This document shows positions 1-14,292 of a stretch of 64,000 nucleotides of DNA, one piece after another. Both the position numbers and the translations under genes were made by a program. The notes under the pieces are model-generated. The model saw nothing but the letters and a program-made list of their open reading frames with translations. It did not search any database and was not told the origin of the DNA. How positions within the stretch are numbered: the first letter of the stretch is position 1; every line of letters starts with the position of its first letter. Location: assembly GCF_009914755.1 (NCBI RefSeq), contig NC_060926.1. One strand, 5' to 3'. The stretch is from the human T2T-CHM13v2.0 reference genome, Homo sapiens.

Positions 1-2089
1 CATAAAAATTCAATGTAATCTACAGCAGGTAAATTTTATGTCAATTGAACATCAGGATTGGAATTTCTGGTAGGTGTCTAGTGATCATAGTACAAACTAT
101 AGTTTTATTTATAAGGGAACTGGATGTAGGCGACTTCTTTCAGTCTTCTTATCACAATCTTTCTAAGAAGACCCTTCTTTTCAGTCATGAAGAAGCTTTG
201 TGCTGTTGATTATTAGGAGTATTTTCTCAAACAAACTTTCCAGTCTAAAATGTCAAGCCACAGATGAATATTGAGAAGGCTTGTCCAAAGTGTTCAATCA
301 GTGATTTTGAGTTTATGGAAGTCACTGGTATGATGACACAGCTTTATAGCTGAGTTTCTCACTGTGTTCATAAAATAAACAATTTAAAAAGTAAATCAAT
401 GCTTTGCATCAACAATAGAAAGATAAGTTCCCCTGCTCATATTCCGAAAGTTTCCTAGGTTTCAAGCTGGGAGTTCCTTGAAAAAGCCCAGGGCGCCAAC
501 AGCATGATGTGATCCGCTCCCATTTTTAGATGAGTCACTAGGACAGTTTTACTCAAAGAGGCAGGGGTTTGTGGAAAGAGGAGTGGACCTCTATAAATGG
601 CATAATTTGAATGTGCATTTTGAAAATGCCACATGAGCAAACTTGCCCACCTGCCAGTCCAGAGAAGTACTGCTAAAATCACCTCTGAAAGAACCACATG
701 ATCTCAAATATTTAAAGAATAACTTCCAATGTCTCTCAATGCACCTTTTGTTATTTTATGTTAGTGCATTTATCCATTGGATTTTTCAGTTAATATAAAC
801 ATTTTTATCATATTTTCATTAGATGAGCTAAAATGGATGTACTCTTAAATTTCACTGCGAGGTTGAAGTCATATTCAGTCACAACACCCTGAGTGCTGGA
901 CAAGACATCTTTACTTTTTTTTTTTTTTTTTAACACCACGAGCTCTAAATCCTTCCAAGATACAAACCATTAAAAGCACCTTTATAATCAACGTATGTCA
1001 GAGATCTAACATCATATTAACTTCTAGCACATGCAGGTAGCTAATTATTATTTTATTTCTAGTCTTTACAAGTACATGGTCAGTTAAATAGAAACCACAT
1101 AAAGAGTATTACAAGTGGTACAGTGGAAAGAAATTTTAAAAAGAGGGAGGAAAAACTAAACCATGAGACCAATATACAGGGTTCTTCTCTTTCTATGACA
1201 TATGTGCTCTCATTAGGGCATTGACAAAAGAAAATATATTTTTCAGAACTTTTGTACCCCTGATGCTAATGTACACAAGAGAAGCCATCAAAAGCCTACT
1301 GCTGACAAGTCAGACTATTGATCCATCCTGTCTCTCATGATTTCCCCTGCCTCATAATTTGATGGCCTTTTGGAGGCGTGGACAATGAAACTGCCAAACA
1401 AACAGGGACTCTCACATAGAGCTTTGGGCTTTGTCTCCAGTGTCTAAGCTAGATTTTTGGGTTATGCTGCTGTGGAACAGCTGCTTCCAGAGTCACCCCT
1501 CTAGAGACATACTTGGTCACCTGCCAGGATTTACATGATTATCCATCATGGGGACAAATCTATCCCAGGAAGGCTCATTTCAGAATATAATACAGTGTGG
1601 ATTGAAGACCTAATGGAGAGAAGTGCACCCACAGGAGTGACTGTGATCTATTAAATCAGTAAGACCTTGGAAGCCTTCTGTCAACTGACTTCAGAAAATA
1701 ATGGTTCCCCTCTCAACACACCACTGTACTTTTTTATTTGTCTTTTGTTAAGTCATCCTGAGGAAAAGGCTGCTGGACTGGGAGATTTAAGACTTTGAAT
1801 AGTGCTAACAGAATAGAAAAGGAAAGTTAAATTACGCTGCCTATTCTCTTACCAAACTCTGTAATAACAACATCTATTCCTTCATCTAGTGAACTGTCAG
1901 GTAGGGCATAGAGAATACGCATTTGGAAATTGATCTCAACTGCCTTTGAGAAACCATAGATCATGGGAAAAGAGGACCTGTGTGCCTTTCCATCTTAACT
2001 CTGGATCACTCTGCTCCTCATTTCAGAGGCCTTCTTTCCCTTCTTAGAGTAGATCTTATTTTGTTGTTGTTGTTTTCTGCCAGAAAATC

Positions 2090-2345
2090 TTTACACATGC
2101 TGTTTCTTCTTCCTTGGAATGCTTTTCCTCCACTGTTCATTTGCCTGAACACCTAAGTTAACTCAGGATCCTCCTATTCAATGTCTATTGACCTCGTTAA
2201 TTTTTATAGCATTTTCTCACAATCTGCATTTGTACTTTTGGTTCATCTAAAAGTCTCACAAAGGCATGAAAGCCTCACAAAGGCAGGGAACATGGATGCT
2301 AACATGAAGTAGGAGTTACATAAATATTTGTCATATTAAAGAATT
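2090..2345 (+). mobile_element. L2 LINE relic (3' region)
   Basis: Degenerate L2-like motifs CACATGCTGTTTCTTCTTCCTTGGAATGC...AAGGCAGGGAAC...ATAAATATTTG..GAAT. Boundaries approximate. Confidence 0.5.
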
Positions 2346-3134
2346 TTAAAAAATAAAAGTAAATAAATGAAGACTGCAAAAAATTGACAGCCATAACTCT
2401 GGATTGTAAATAAAGTTGTATATTGATGCTGCTGTGTCCAGTTAAATAAACCTTAATCTAAACTTGGAGCTTTAGAGTTTGTATACTAGTCACTGGAAGT
2501 TTCAATCATTCATGTTTTAAATCACATTTTTCTCAATAGGAGCATATCCTTTAGGTAAAATTTAAACATTGCTCTCTTCCCTTAATATGAGGGACTTAAT
2601 ATCTAGCTTTACAGGGCTTTTTAAGAGCAAGGAAAATCACTCTATTGATGCTAAGTGAAGGGCAGAGAAAGCAACTCTATTAAGCTTTTGACCTAGTTTC
2701 TCTCTGGTTACTTCAAGGCAATTGAAAAGTCCTCGATTAGGTGCAATTTGCTAGTGACTATTCTACTGCTATCAGTGCAGAGGCATATAGATGGAATAGG
2801 GTATGTAGACTTATCTATGGTATATTCATTTACATAATTTTATGTCATAAAAAACAAAAAAAATCAAACTTGTAACATTACTGAGTCAGTCGTAAAACAG
2901 AGTATCCAGATGTTATTTTAGAAACAGCATTGATTGGGCGCAAAGATCAAGGTGTATATGGCAGCTTTAGTGAGTTTGGAGTATAGAAAGTGTTGGGATC
3001 AACAGAATCCATAGCAATCAGTTTAAAGTTTTCAATAAAGCTATGAATGGTAAGAGGGAAACCAACTAGAATTTGCTGCTCATTCACCTCAAACTGCACT
3101 GAGATATCTTTATGCTCAAAATGGACAAGGAGAC

Positions 3135-3265
3135 TATTATGTGTATTCTTTGATGCAGCAATGCTACTTCTAAGAGTTTATCTTACAGATAAAGTTTCAC
3201 AAGTGCATAAAGATTTTTAATGCAGCATCATTTTTTTAAGTTGGAAACAACTTAATGTCCATCAT
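3135..3265 (+). mobile_element. old L1M (L1ME-like) fragment
   Basis: TTTGATGCAGCAATGCTACTTCTAAGAGTTTATC...TTGGAAACAACTTAATGTCCATC resembles the end of L1 ORF2/3' region. Confidence 0.55.
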
Positions 3266-3289
3266 TTGAGGTTCCTTTTTTCCTATCAT

Positions 3290-3468
3290 ATTGATTATTT
3301 GCTATCTGCCAGGAACTGTTCTAAAGCACTTTTCACATAATAACTCAATTTGTCTTCAAAACAACAACAATCTTCAGTTACTTTCCCTACTTTAAAGATA
3401 AGGTAAAGTAAGTTGTAGGGGACCACAGAGGTATTTAGTGGCTAAGCTAGGGTTTGAATTCAGACAGC
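3290..3468 (-). mobile_element. MIR SINE
   Basis: Reverse-orientation MIR motifs TGCCAGGAACTGTTCTAAAGCACTTT...AGTGGCTAAGCTAGGGTTTGAATTCAGACAG. Confidence 0.65.
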
Positions 3469-4066
3469 CATTAAAAAATGAAGTAGACCCAAACTTACTG
3501 ATAAAACACCTAGGGCATATTTTTAGGTTGAATAAAAAAGCAAGTTGCATATATATATATGGGGAGAGAGAGGGAGAGAGAGAGGGATACATTCCTTACA
3601 AAGGTCTAGAAGAATCTGTTCAACCAAGCGTAGTCACCTCTTGCTTATAAGCAGATGCTTGAAGAGAACTTTCCCCTTTTACTCTTTAAAAAACATCTCA
3701 ATCATTTTAATTTTATATCCTTAAATGTTAAAAAGTTATGTATGCCTGGTTTTATAAAATAAAGTTAAATGCAATTTCACCCCCACTTTAAAAACAATAA
3801 CTAAAAAGGTATAGCGCTTACTGTTCATAATTTTGTTTCCTAACAATTAAAACATGTTATTAAGGAATTCAATTTAATATGGTCTATAGTCACATGTACG
3901 TATAATCTGTATGTAGCACATATAAAGTTCTGAATAGATGGCTTCCACCGGGGTGACAAAAGGAACAGAAAAAAGTTATACTATGTTAAGTTCAGAACTT
4001 TACCCAAATATCTTTAGACACACAGCATAATACATGAGAAAAATGATAACTACAGATAATCCATAA

Positions 4067-4420
<354 letters not shown>

Positions 4421-6284
4421 TAACATATTGAATGTAAAAATCATAATAAAAGTTATAATGATTTGGTGTATACTATGTCATTCTAAAATAATTTGTGCAT
4501 TTCCTTCTAAATATCTATCTATAAACATTAGTAAAGAAGTGGGAAATTTTTTTGTCCTGAAATTCATTTTACTTAATTAGCATCATACAGAAAGTCATTT
4601 ATGTGCCAGATGCTAAAAGGGAGGATTACGATCCAGCAGATATTGATCATAAGAATGAAATGAGGCACAAGAAACACCTGTGAATCATGAAGTATTGACG
4701 CTGGATTTTATTAACTCCTATATAGTGATAATGTGATTGAAAGATTATGAATCCTATAAAGGAAATATATTTAACAAGTCCCTACTAACACCAACTCTTG
4801 ACTCTCAGACCATCCACAAATAATCTACAATTAGAATTCATTATGTCTAAAGACAGCTATCATTAAAACTGAAGGCCAAAATCGCCCTTTCTGCGTACTT
4901 CTGAAAGAGCTTGCCTTTGTGAGCAGGAGGAGAAGGGAAGAGAGACAGTGTACCCAAGGAAAGGAGGGTGTTGGTGGTATAGAGAGAAAGGCATTTCTAG
5001 CGCCCAGGCACCACAATGAGAATTTGAGAATTGTGTTTATTGTCTATAGAGCTTGTTATTGCTCTTGGGTTTTTGGCTACAAAACCTAATAATTTACTCA
5101 GTTTTGCAAGGAAATAAGAAATGGGCCTCAATTCACTCTCCTTAATTCATTTAGTTGGATCTGATTTGCAATGTATGTTAGTACTCCTTCTGTAGCAACT
5201 GAAACATATTAAAAATGACTCTAGAAAAAATACATGCTAGAAAGTGCTTCGGTTACTTTTTCCTTAACTAGGAGACCCCAAGAGGGAAATGACTAGGTCT
5301 CAAAATTTCTAGGAATGACATTTCCTTCTTCTGAGCAACTTGAAGGTGCTACAGACCAATGGAATATAAGGGATTCATTATTTAATGTACAAAATTCAGG
5401 CTGCTGCTTTAGGGCAAACAGAAAAAAGTCAAAATTTGCCTCTATATAGAAGGCTAAAAACACTTTTAAGAAATAAAGTAAGTCATAGGGAACTGGGCAT
5501 AATTGAAGTTCCCAAAGCCAAAATTTTCCCTTTTTTATTTGTAATCCAATTTGTGGTACAATTTTCCTAAATCCTACTTCTGATTATTTTTAAATTTTTC
5601 TTTATACCAAATAAAACAAAGTTAAAGACAGAACTCTGCTAAAATTTTCAATGTAAATAAAAATTAAATCATTTAATAAATTATATTAGTTGTCATGCTA
5701 TATTTTATGTTTACTCTTGTTATGTTTTATTTATTTTATGTTTGACTAATCCCCCATCCTGTGGGAAACGTTTGTTGATGCTGAAATTGCCATGAGCTAT
5801 CTTTGCTCTATTTCCTTTACTTATGTCATCATCAAGTTCACCAATTAACCTATATTTTCACCCAGGTAGTTGACAAAGCATTGGATGCACCTAGCCAAGG
5901 ACTGTTCTATGGCTCTCCACTAGAAACTCCCTCTAGACCAGGCTGATGTCAAGCCATACACATTAATGATAATGGTAATGAGCTACATAATCCAGCCCTC
6001 CTTGACCTCATATTTCTACATCTGGGTCATGTGACTATAATTAATTTTTTTTTTCTTACATGTCTTGGTGAACTGAAGGCACATGATACTCATGGTATTC
6101 TCCTGATCTTACCACTAGGCACTGTGTCAAAAGACATAGAAATTGAAACTGGGTTCCTTGAGAGCAGACATTATATCCTATTCATCCCTTAATTCTGTTT
6201 CAAAACCAGTGACTGCAAGACACAGAAATACATGTTCAATAATAAATATGTAATACATAAATACATGTTCATAAACTATTGGGA

Positions 6285-6440
6285 GAGTCTCAGGATTTTG
6301 AAAAAGTTGTTTTGTAGTCCTAGCTATGCCACTTTCTTGCTCTGTGACTCTGGACACATTTCATAGTCTCCAAGAACCTGAGTTCTAAATCTGAAACAAA
6401 AATGTACTGACACATTTTAAGATTCTCTTTCAGGCATAAA
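6285..6440 (+). mobile_element. MIR SINE fragment (preceded by L2 3' relic ~6150-6250)
   Basis: TAGTCCTAGCTATGCCACTTTCTTGCTCTGTGACTCTGGACA matches the MIR core. Confidence 0.55.
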
Positions 6441-6894
6441 ATCCTACCTAGATTTATCATTTCCACTGTGTAACAAAGTGGGACGATGACCCATTTTTTG
6501 TAACTCAGTAGTTTTCTGGAAAAAATTTAAAATGCATTTTTTCAGTACATCAATACATCTTGAGATAAAACATTGTATAGTCTCTACTTTGTGTAAAGCA
6601 AACATTTTCATTACTTATCTAAAGACTTAACCTTCTTTATACCAATCATCTGTAAGTTTGGAAAAACAATGCAATTGAATTTTTCATCCAGCTGTTTACC
6701 ATACATAACTTAGAAATCCTAAAATGCCTTATTGAAAGTGCAGTGATTTTAGCATTGGTAGAGTAACAGTCTCAAGAAATGAATGAAGCTTTAATGACTC
6801 ATCTTCAATTCAAGAGGAGGGGCTACTATTATAAAATGTTAAGCTGAAAAATTCCAAACACAACTGAGATGAAGTTACATGATTTAACAATCTG

Positions 6895-7192
6895 TTTTTT
6901 GTTTTTTTGAAATAAAGTCTCACTGTGTCGCCCAGGCTGGAGTGCAGTGGTGCGATCTCGGCTCACTGCAACCTCCATCTCCTGCGTTCAAACCGTTCTT
7001 CTGCCTCAGACTCCTGAGTAGCTAGGATTACAGGTGTGCACCACCACTCCTGGCAATTTTTTTTGTGATTTTAGTAGAGACAGAATTTCACCATCTTGGC
7101 CAGGCTGGTCTCGAACTCCTGAACTCAGATGATTCACCCACCTCAGCCTCCCAAAGTGTTGGGATTACAGGTGTGAGCCACCATGCCTGGTC
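6895..7192 (-). mobile_element. AluS (Sx/Sz-like), full length
   Basis: Complete dimeric Alu reverse complement with GCGATCTCGGCTCACTGCAACCTCC. Confidence 0.95.
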
Positions 7193-9034
7193 TGTACATC
7201 CTAAAAAACCCCAGTGTTCTTTCTGCTGACTGAGGCTAATTAGTGTGGGTGATAAAAATTGGGCACACATATCAAACACAAATTGGCTACTTTGTCCAGC
7301 AAACTGCTTCCACCAAAACTCCGGCTAGCAATCACATTACAATGACTACTTGGCTCTTTTCTTTCCCTAAATGGATTTGGTTATAGAATTGGAAAACCGG
7401 GTATACTTTGTTTTCAACAGATTAAATGTAATGGGTTTTATGAAGACAGTCTTTATATTTTCCTATAAAAAAGGTAATTAGTTAAGGGATTTTGGGGGTA
7501 GGAGAATGAGGCACACAGGGGAGTACTCATTTCAGGAAAAATAATACGTAACAAAATATTCACAAATATTCTGCTGTCCCTCAAGCTGATGAATTAATCT
7601 TCTCGATTAGTTCCAGATAAATCCTACCATTTAATCTATTTTGAAAGAAATTAGAAGGCTATGGTTTTAACACTATGTTCAAGTTTTCGCTAACTTGTAA
7701 AATGGTAACATACGTGCTGTAAGGATGACATAAGAGATGGTAAAGGAAAGCATGCAGAAAACTGTAAAAGCTTATAGGATTTTAAATATAATTGTACAGT
7801 AACTAATGATGGTGAAATAAAATAGATGTTCCTTGATTTAGAACTTATGGATGTTTCTGAAGACTACATAGAATAAACAATTTAGATGTTCACACTCTGG
7901 CCTTGGCCTTATCAATTCGCCTTCCCCTCCTTGCTGACCCCACCCCTTTAATCTAACTCCCCCCAAAAGTGGCCACATACTGGGAGTAAAGAGAGTGGCA
8001 ATGAACCTGGATCTACTTGGGGAGGAGGCCTCGGCTATTCAAAGAGTAAGAAAAACACAATGTTCCAGGCTCCTGATTCTCAAGCAACACAGTTACTTGG
8101 GGTATTTCTCACCAAGTGACCTGGATTTGAGGTTGGCAAGTGTCGCACACCCCACCTTTCTGGGTGGCAGAGCCATGTGAGGCTGTTGGGCTGCACCTAC
8201 CAGCTAATGGCTCTGTGACTCTGTGTCACAAACCATTTGTTTCTACATCTCCTGGCATCAGGATCCAGGAAAGATGTCCACACTCATTATCCATAAAGGG
8301 AGTTGATTGCCTAAGTGATCTGCCTGCATTCTACAGAGTGGAGAAAAACTTATTAAAGATAGGTTTAGTCACAAGATTGCACTGTCAGCAGTCAGACTCT
8401 CCTCCTTTCTTGACTTTTCTTTCCCTCATGCTCTAATAGAATTGTGGCTGAACTCATCTCCTACTTGGATTATTTGTCTTGAGTTGAAGGAGCCCTGGAA
8501 GATCTGTTCTGAAACTGGATGTGACGTTAGGAAGGCAAAGGAGATTTAAAGTGACAAATTGCTGGCTCAATTCTCAGGAAGAGGTGCTGCAGAGGTGATG
8601 TGCAAACATTTGGACTTGTAAGGGTGATGATCCAGGAATCTGGGGACTGGGTTCTTTGCCTAAATCCTCCCCCACCTTCAATGCCATTGCTCTATGCTAC
8701 ACCTGCAACAGCTTCCCATCTGCCTCTGCCCAAATAGCCTCCAAAGTGGAAATGCAGTTCGGTGAAAGAGAGTTTCAGCATAATAATCCCTGGGCCTTTT
8801 TCTATACTTAGGACAGAAACAAAGTGAATTGCCAAGGAGCAGACCTCTCTCCCTACTAATCGGTTTAGAGTTGTGTTGACAAAATAGTGGCAAAATCTCC
8901 AGAAGAATCTCCCTATGAGCCTCCCTGAGCCTCCCAAACTCCTGCATCCCATGCATGCATAGATATCTCTATCACATTCCTGGCTTTTGGGAAAGGAATT
9001 GCGCATACAGCACCAATACTTCCAAAGTATTTAG

Positions 9035-9150
9035 ACCTTCAGGCTATCACTGTCCTCAAAGTTTCAGGTTCCTTATCCATAAAATTCTGAAACTGGGCCA
9101 CAGGATCTTCTAAGTCTGCCAACCCAGCCCTGAGGGCCCATGAAGATCTA
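9035..9150 (+). repeat. ~116-bp local direct duplication, copy A (MIR3-like); intact empty-site paralog of copy B at 10413-10448 + 10730-10750 + 11948-12009
   Basis: By eye, about 11 mismatches in 116 nt against copy B once its insertions are removed. Confidence 0.9.
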
Positions 9151-9209
9151 TGCTGCTTGCTTTGGTGACAAAAATAAAAATAAAAAACAACAGTTGGGGC
9201 TTGATTCCC

Positions 9210-9410
9210 CATATTAAATATATGCCAAGTATATACTAAGTATATGTTAAGTACAATGCTAAGTATTATCTTGTTCCATTCTTACTGCAATCCTATAAAG
9301 TCATTCTTGTTATCACACCCATCTGACAGATGAGAAAGCAGATCTAGACAGGTCACATACCTAATACAAGGTCATGTGACTAGCAAACTGTGGAGCCAGG
9401 ATGTGCTTCA
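9210..9410 (-). mobile_element. MIR SINE
   Basis: CCCATCTGACAGATGAGAAAGCAG...AAGGTCATGTGACTAGCAAACTGTGGAGCCAGGA is the reverse MIR core. Confidence 0.65.
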
Positions 9411-10169
9411 CTGCTTTAGAAGTTCGAGTGTTTAAAATCCAGAATGTTCCATTCCATAAAAAAAAAGACATTCTACATTTCTTATTTGTTTCGTAGGCTG
9501 GCCCACAAAAACAAAGTATTGTTTCGTGCCTCAGCGTAAGTCTGAAACAAGACATGCATGGTAAACTAGTTTCTTGAGCCCCACTGTGCCCTTCTGACCC
9601 CAGGAATTCTCCACAGTTCAAACCTCAGACTCATGCTCTGAGGCTTCAATTTCACCACAGACTAGAACTTGAGCTCAGATTTTGGAGACCAGAAACCTAG
9701 CCCTTCTGGCCCTAAGAATGACAAGCCTCTCCAGGAGCAAAGTCAGGAAAAGGCTGAAGACACCAGCAGCCGTTGAGAAATTAATCGAGCTGCAGCAGTC
9801 ATTTTGCTTTATAGGGTATCTTTTTTGGCAGAATGATCTTAAAAATCCAGGACAAAGTATTTAACCAAATATGTAGAGCAAAGAACTGTGATGAGTTACC
9901 AACACATTTCTCACACTAGTAGGTTAAGATGATTTACTTGATATTTAGTAATAATCTATACGTAATTGTCCTTTTTATGAGGATAGGGATATTTCAAGGT
10001 GAAAAGAGGTAAGAAAATGTGGTTGATCCCTACAATTTTTTGGATATAGAGGAAGAAAAACGTTCAAGGAAGTTCAGAGGGCTGAAGATAGGTGGTCTTC
10101 AGCTTTGCATCTTGATTTTTGCACTAACTAGCTCCATGACCTGGGATAAAAACAATGATAAAAATAGTG

Positions 10170-10410
10170 ATAATAACCTTCATTCACTGAATTCTATGTG
10201 CTGAGAATTTGCTAAGTGCTCTATATGTATTATTTCCTTTAAGATTTAAAACAACACTATAAACTGGATGTTATAAGTCCCATCTTAGACATAAAGAAAC
10301 TGAAGTTGAAGTTGTGATAACTTGTCCAAGGCCACAAAGCTGTTAGTGGCTAAGTTAGTATTAGAACATAAATATGAATCCAAAACTTATCCCAACTGAA
10401 TCTGAACTGA
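10170..10410 (-). mobile_element. MIR SINE
   Basis: CCCATCTTAGACATAAAGAAACTGAAG...AACTTGTCCAAGGCCACAAAGCTGTTAGTGGC. Confidence 0.7.
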
Positions 10411-10456
10411 TTACCTTCAGGCTATAACTGTCTTCAAAGTTTCAGGTTTGGAAAAG

Positions 10457-10717
10457 CCTGGAGGGAACTGGAGACTATTATTCTAAGGGAAGTAACTCAG
10501 GAATAGAAAACCAAAGATCATATGTTCTCACTCATAAATGGGAGCTAAGCTATGAGGATGCAAAGGCATAAAAATGATACAATGGATTTTGGGGACTTGG
10601 AGGGAAGGGTGGGAGGGAAGTGAGGGATAAAAGACTACAAATTGGGGCTGGGTGCGGTGGCTTACGCCTATAATCCCAGCACATTGGGAGGCTAAGGCAG
10701 GTGGATCACTTGAGGTC
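10457..10717 (+). repeat. 261-bp inverted copy of 11138-11398 (L1PB1 3' segment + first ~72 nt of the nested Alu)
   Basis: Reverse complement of 11138-11398 with 8 mismatches counted by eye. It includes the same L1/Alu junction (CTACAAATTGG|GGCTGGGTG) and shared private substitutions. Confidence 0.95.
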
Positions 10718-10828
10718 CAGATATGGAAAGTTCCTTATCCATAAAATTCTTTTTTAAATTTTTCATTTCCATAGGTTTTGGGGAAAACAGGTGGTACTTG
10801 GTTTCATGAGTAAGTTCTTTAGTGGTGA

Positions 10829-11209
<381 letters not shown>

Positions 11210-11448
11210 CCAATTTGTAGTCTTTTATCCCTCACTTCCCTCCTACCCTTCCCTCCAAGTCCCTAAAATCCATTGTATCATTTTTATGCCTTTGCATCCT
11301 CATAGCTTAGCTCCCATTTATGAGTGAGAACATATGATCTTTGGTTTTCTATTCCTGAGTTACTTCCCTTAGAATAATAGTCTCCAGTTCCCTCCAGGTT
11401 GCTGCAAATGCCATTAATTCATTCCTTTTTATGGCTGGGTAGTATTCC

Positions 11449-11450
<2 letters not shown>

Positions 11451-11482
<32 letters not shown>

Positions 11483-11626
11483 CACACATATATATGATAC
11501 ATATATATCATATATGTGTGTGTATACATATATAACATATATATTTACACACATATCATATATATGTATATATATCTGTATAACATATATATCATATATA
11601 TACATATGTATGATATATATATATAT
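11451..11626. repeat. compound (TG)14 + (TA/CA)n microsatellite inside L1PB1
   Basis: Directly visible. It lies at the position of the L1 (TA)n tract. Confidence 0.95.
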
Positions 11627-13967
11627 AAAACAATTTCTTTATGCACTTGTTGACTGAGGGCATTTGGGCTGATTCTATGTTTTTGCAGTTGCAAATTGTG
11701 CTGCTATAAACATGCATGTGCAAGTATCTTTTTTCTGTAATGACTTCTTTTCCTCTGGGAAAATACCCAGGAGTGGAATTACTGGATCAAATGGTAGTTC
11801 CACTTTTAGTTATTTAAGGAATCTCCACACTGTTTTCCACAGTGGTTGTACTCATACATTCCCCCCAGCAGTGAAGAAGTGTTCCCTTCCAAACCACAAT
11901 GTGATACCACCTTACTCCTGCAAGAATGGCCTTATCCATAACATTCTAAAACTAGGCCACAGGATCTTGTAAGTCTGTCAAGCAAGCCCTGGGAGCCCAT
12001 GGAGATCTAAACATTTAGAAGAGGGAAAACCAATGAGACATTTTCAATTCTTCCTTTCTTGTAGACTGTAAGCACTAGCAAAATGAATTGAATCTGTATA
12101 CAGTTACTACACACTGCCAAAATCTGATTCATTTTGGATAAGTGATGATTTCCAGAAGTACAATTCTCAGCTGACCATACGCTGCTATGTTCATTCAATT
12201 TAAAAACCTTGAGCCATTCTAGGTTTTGAAGTCCCTCACCCTGCCTTGCCACACCCCTGTAGCAGGAAAGAAGCTTTCCCAAAGAGGAGGAGATTTTACT
12301 TCAAGAGTTATTACCCGCTTAGTTGCACACACATTCATCACATTCTGAGCCTGATTGGTGGCTAGAGTTCTCAGGGGGCCAGCACTGGCTGGGGAAAGTG
12401 GAAGGAAGAGATATATTTTAGGCACCCATTGATAGCTTTGCTACAAAATGCACTACCCGGGCACAACACACTGAGTTCTGGCAAGTACAGCCCATGTTAA
12501 AGACAAAATACTCCACTAACTTGACTTTGTCTTTCTTGGACCATCTCAAATTTGGGGAACCTCTAGGTATCTGATTGCATATGTTCCTGTGTGCTCCTAA
12601 AGGTGCCAGGGGAAGAGAAAAACACATGGCAATCAGTTGACTTGCAAGGCCTAGTTATAAGCCGAAATAAAGTTTTAGGTACAATCCAGATGTATAATTT
12701 GCTATAAAAATGGACTCGGAGGAATCCTTGGTGATTTCCCACAAGACTGAGCCACTGTCCTCCTTTCAATACGAGGGGGATTCTGGGTTTTCCAGACCTC
12801 ACTTTCTTCAGGTCTGAGATAAGCCTGAGACATACACAATTGCTGAAGGTAACGTGAAGCAGGAAAAGGAAGGCCAGTTGCTCTATTAAAGGAGCTTGTG
12901 TTTTCCTCTAACCACCACAGTCTGGGCAGCAGACAATTCTCCTTTTTCTTTCAGAGCAAGTAAAATGTTCTAGGTCATGTTTAGGTTGTGACAGGCACCC
13001 GGATCAACAAGACGTCATTTACCAAGATAAGCTGGAGGTCAACATCTCCTTATGAAAGGGCTCCAGGAGCTGTTGCATAAATGCAAAATAACAGATGCAC
13101 AATATTTGAGTCCTTTAGTATATCTCATAAACTTTAATAATGTGATAATATTCAAACACATGGTAGTGTTTTAATGGTAACTACAGAAGAGCCCCTGGAA
13201 AATCTGACAAATGCTGTCATAACTGGCCCTTCAGAGATGTCCTTCCAGCTAGTCCATATTTGCCCTTTTAATTAGAGTTTTAGTCCACTTGTTCCTTCTT
13301 GAAGGAAATAAGGAGGCTGTTGGAATAGCAATTTTCAATATCCAGATTCCAGACACATCACCCTGTTATAGACAGAACTCAAATCCAAGGCATTTCTGGA
13401 ATCCCTATGTTAATTACCACATTATCAAGTCCTGGAAGGACTGTCGCATAAGGATTCTGAGTAACTTGATTCTCCTAATGAACCTGAGCCACCCAGACGA
13501 TGGAATGAACAGCCTGTAGCCAGTCTGGGCTGCTGCCTCTCACCCCCGCAGTCTCAGAGCTTTGGCCTCTCCTGGGTTTGGCACATGGCCTGTCCTTTCC
13601 CATTGTCAGCCTCCTTTTCAGCGCGGTTTGGCATCCTCTTCAACATGAACTGCCTAGAGTCTCGTCGTGCCCCTTTTCTTGACCCAGCCACTGCCTCATG
13701 TGCTGCCGTGTCTGCTCACTGATCACCTCCACTGTCTTCTAATCTGTTGGTACTGCATTGTTTTACCTGGGTTTGCAACTGGGGCTCTGAGATCCCCAAC
13801 GCTAGCTGTTTTCTGGGCTCAGCGATGCTCACCTAGACCTCATGCGCCCGCCAGAGATGAACCCAGGTGGAATCCCTTTGCCTATTTTTGTCAGGTGAAC
13901 ATGGACTTCCGCTTTTGAGAATCTTCCACCTACCCACCCCATCCATTTGACACTAACATGTTTAGGT

Positions 13968-14131
13968 CAGTGCTTCTAAACTTTAGAGTGCATCTGCATC
14001 ACTTAAGAATTTTGTTAAAATGAGGATTCTGACTCAGTAGGTCTGGTGTGGGGCTTCAAATTCTGCATTTCTAACAACTTCCCAGGTGATAGCCATTCTG
14101 CTGGTCCATGGATTGCATTTGAGTAGCAAGG
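13968..14131. mobile_element. MER5A (hAT-Charlie MITE)
   Basis: CAGTGCTTCTAAACTTTAG...GATTCTGACTCAGTAGGTCTGG...CTGCATTTCTAACAACTTCCCAGGTGAT...TTTGAGTAGCAAGG. Confidence 0.85.
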
Positions 14132-14292
14132 CTCTAGGAAACAGCCTTGTCCTATTCATCTTTGCTGGCCTGCAATTTCCACAGCAGTTTCACTGCCACC
14201 ACTTGGGAAGCCCCTTCTAGTGGTGTGAAGCAGTGAAGACAGAAGGATGACCATGACACAGTCCCTGCTCCCCAGGGTTCATAGCCTGGAGC

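Noticed and set aside
531-537. AP-1 sites TGA(G/C)TCA here and at several other positions
   Set aside because: The number of 7-mers seen is roughly what chance predicts in 64 kb.
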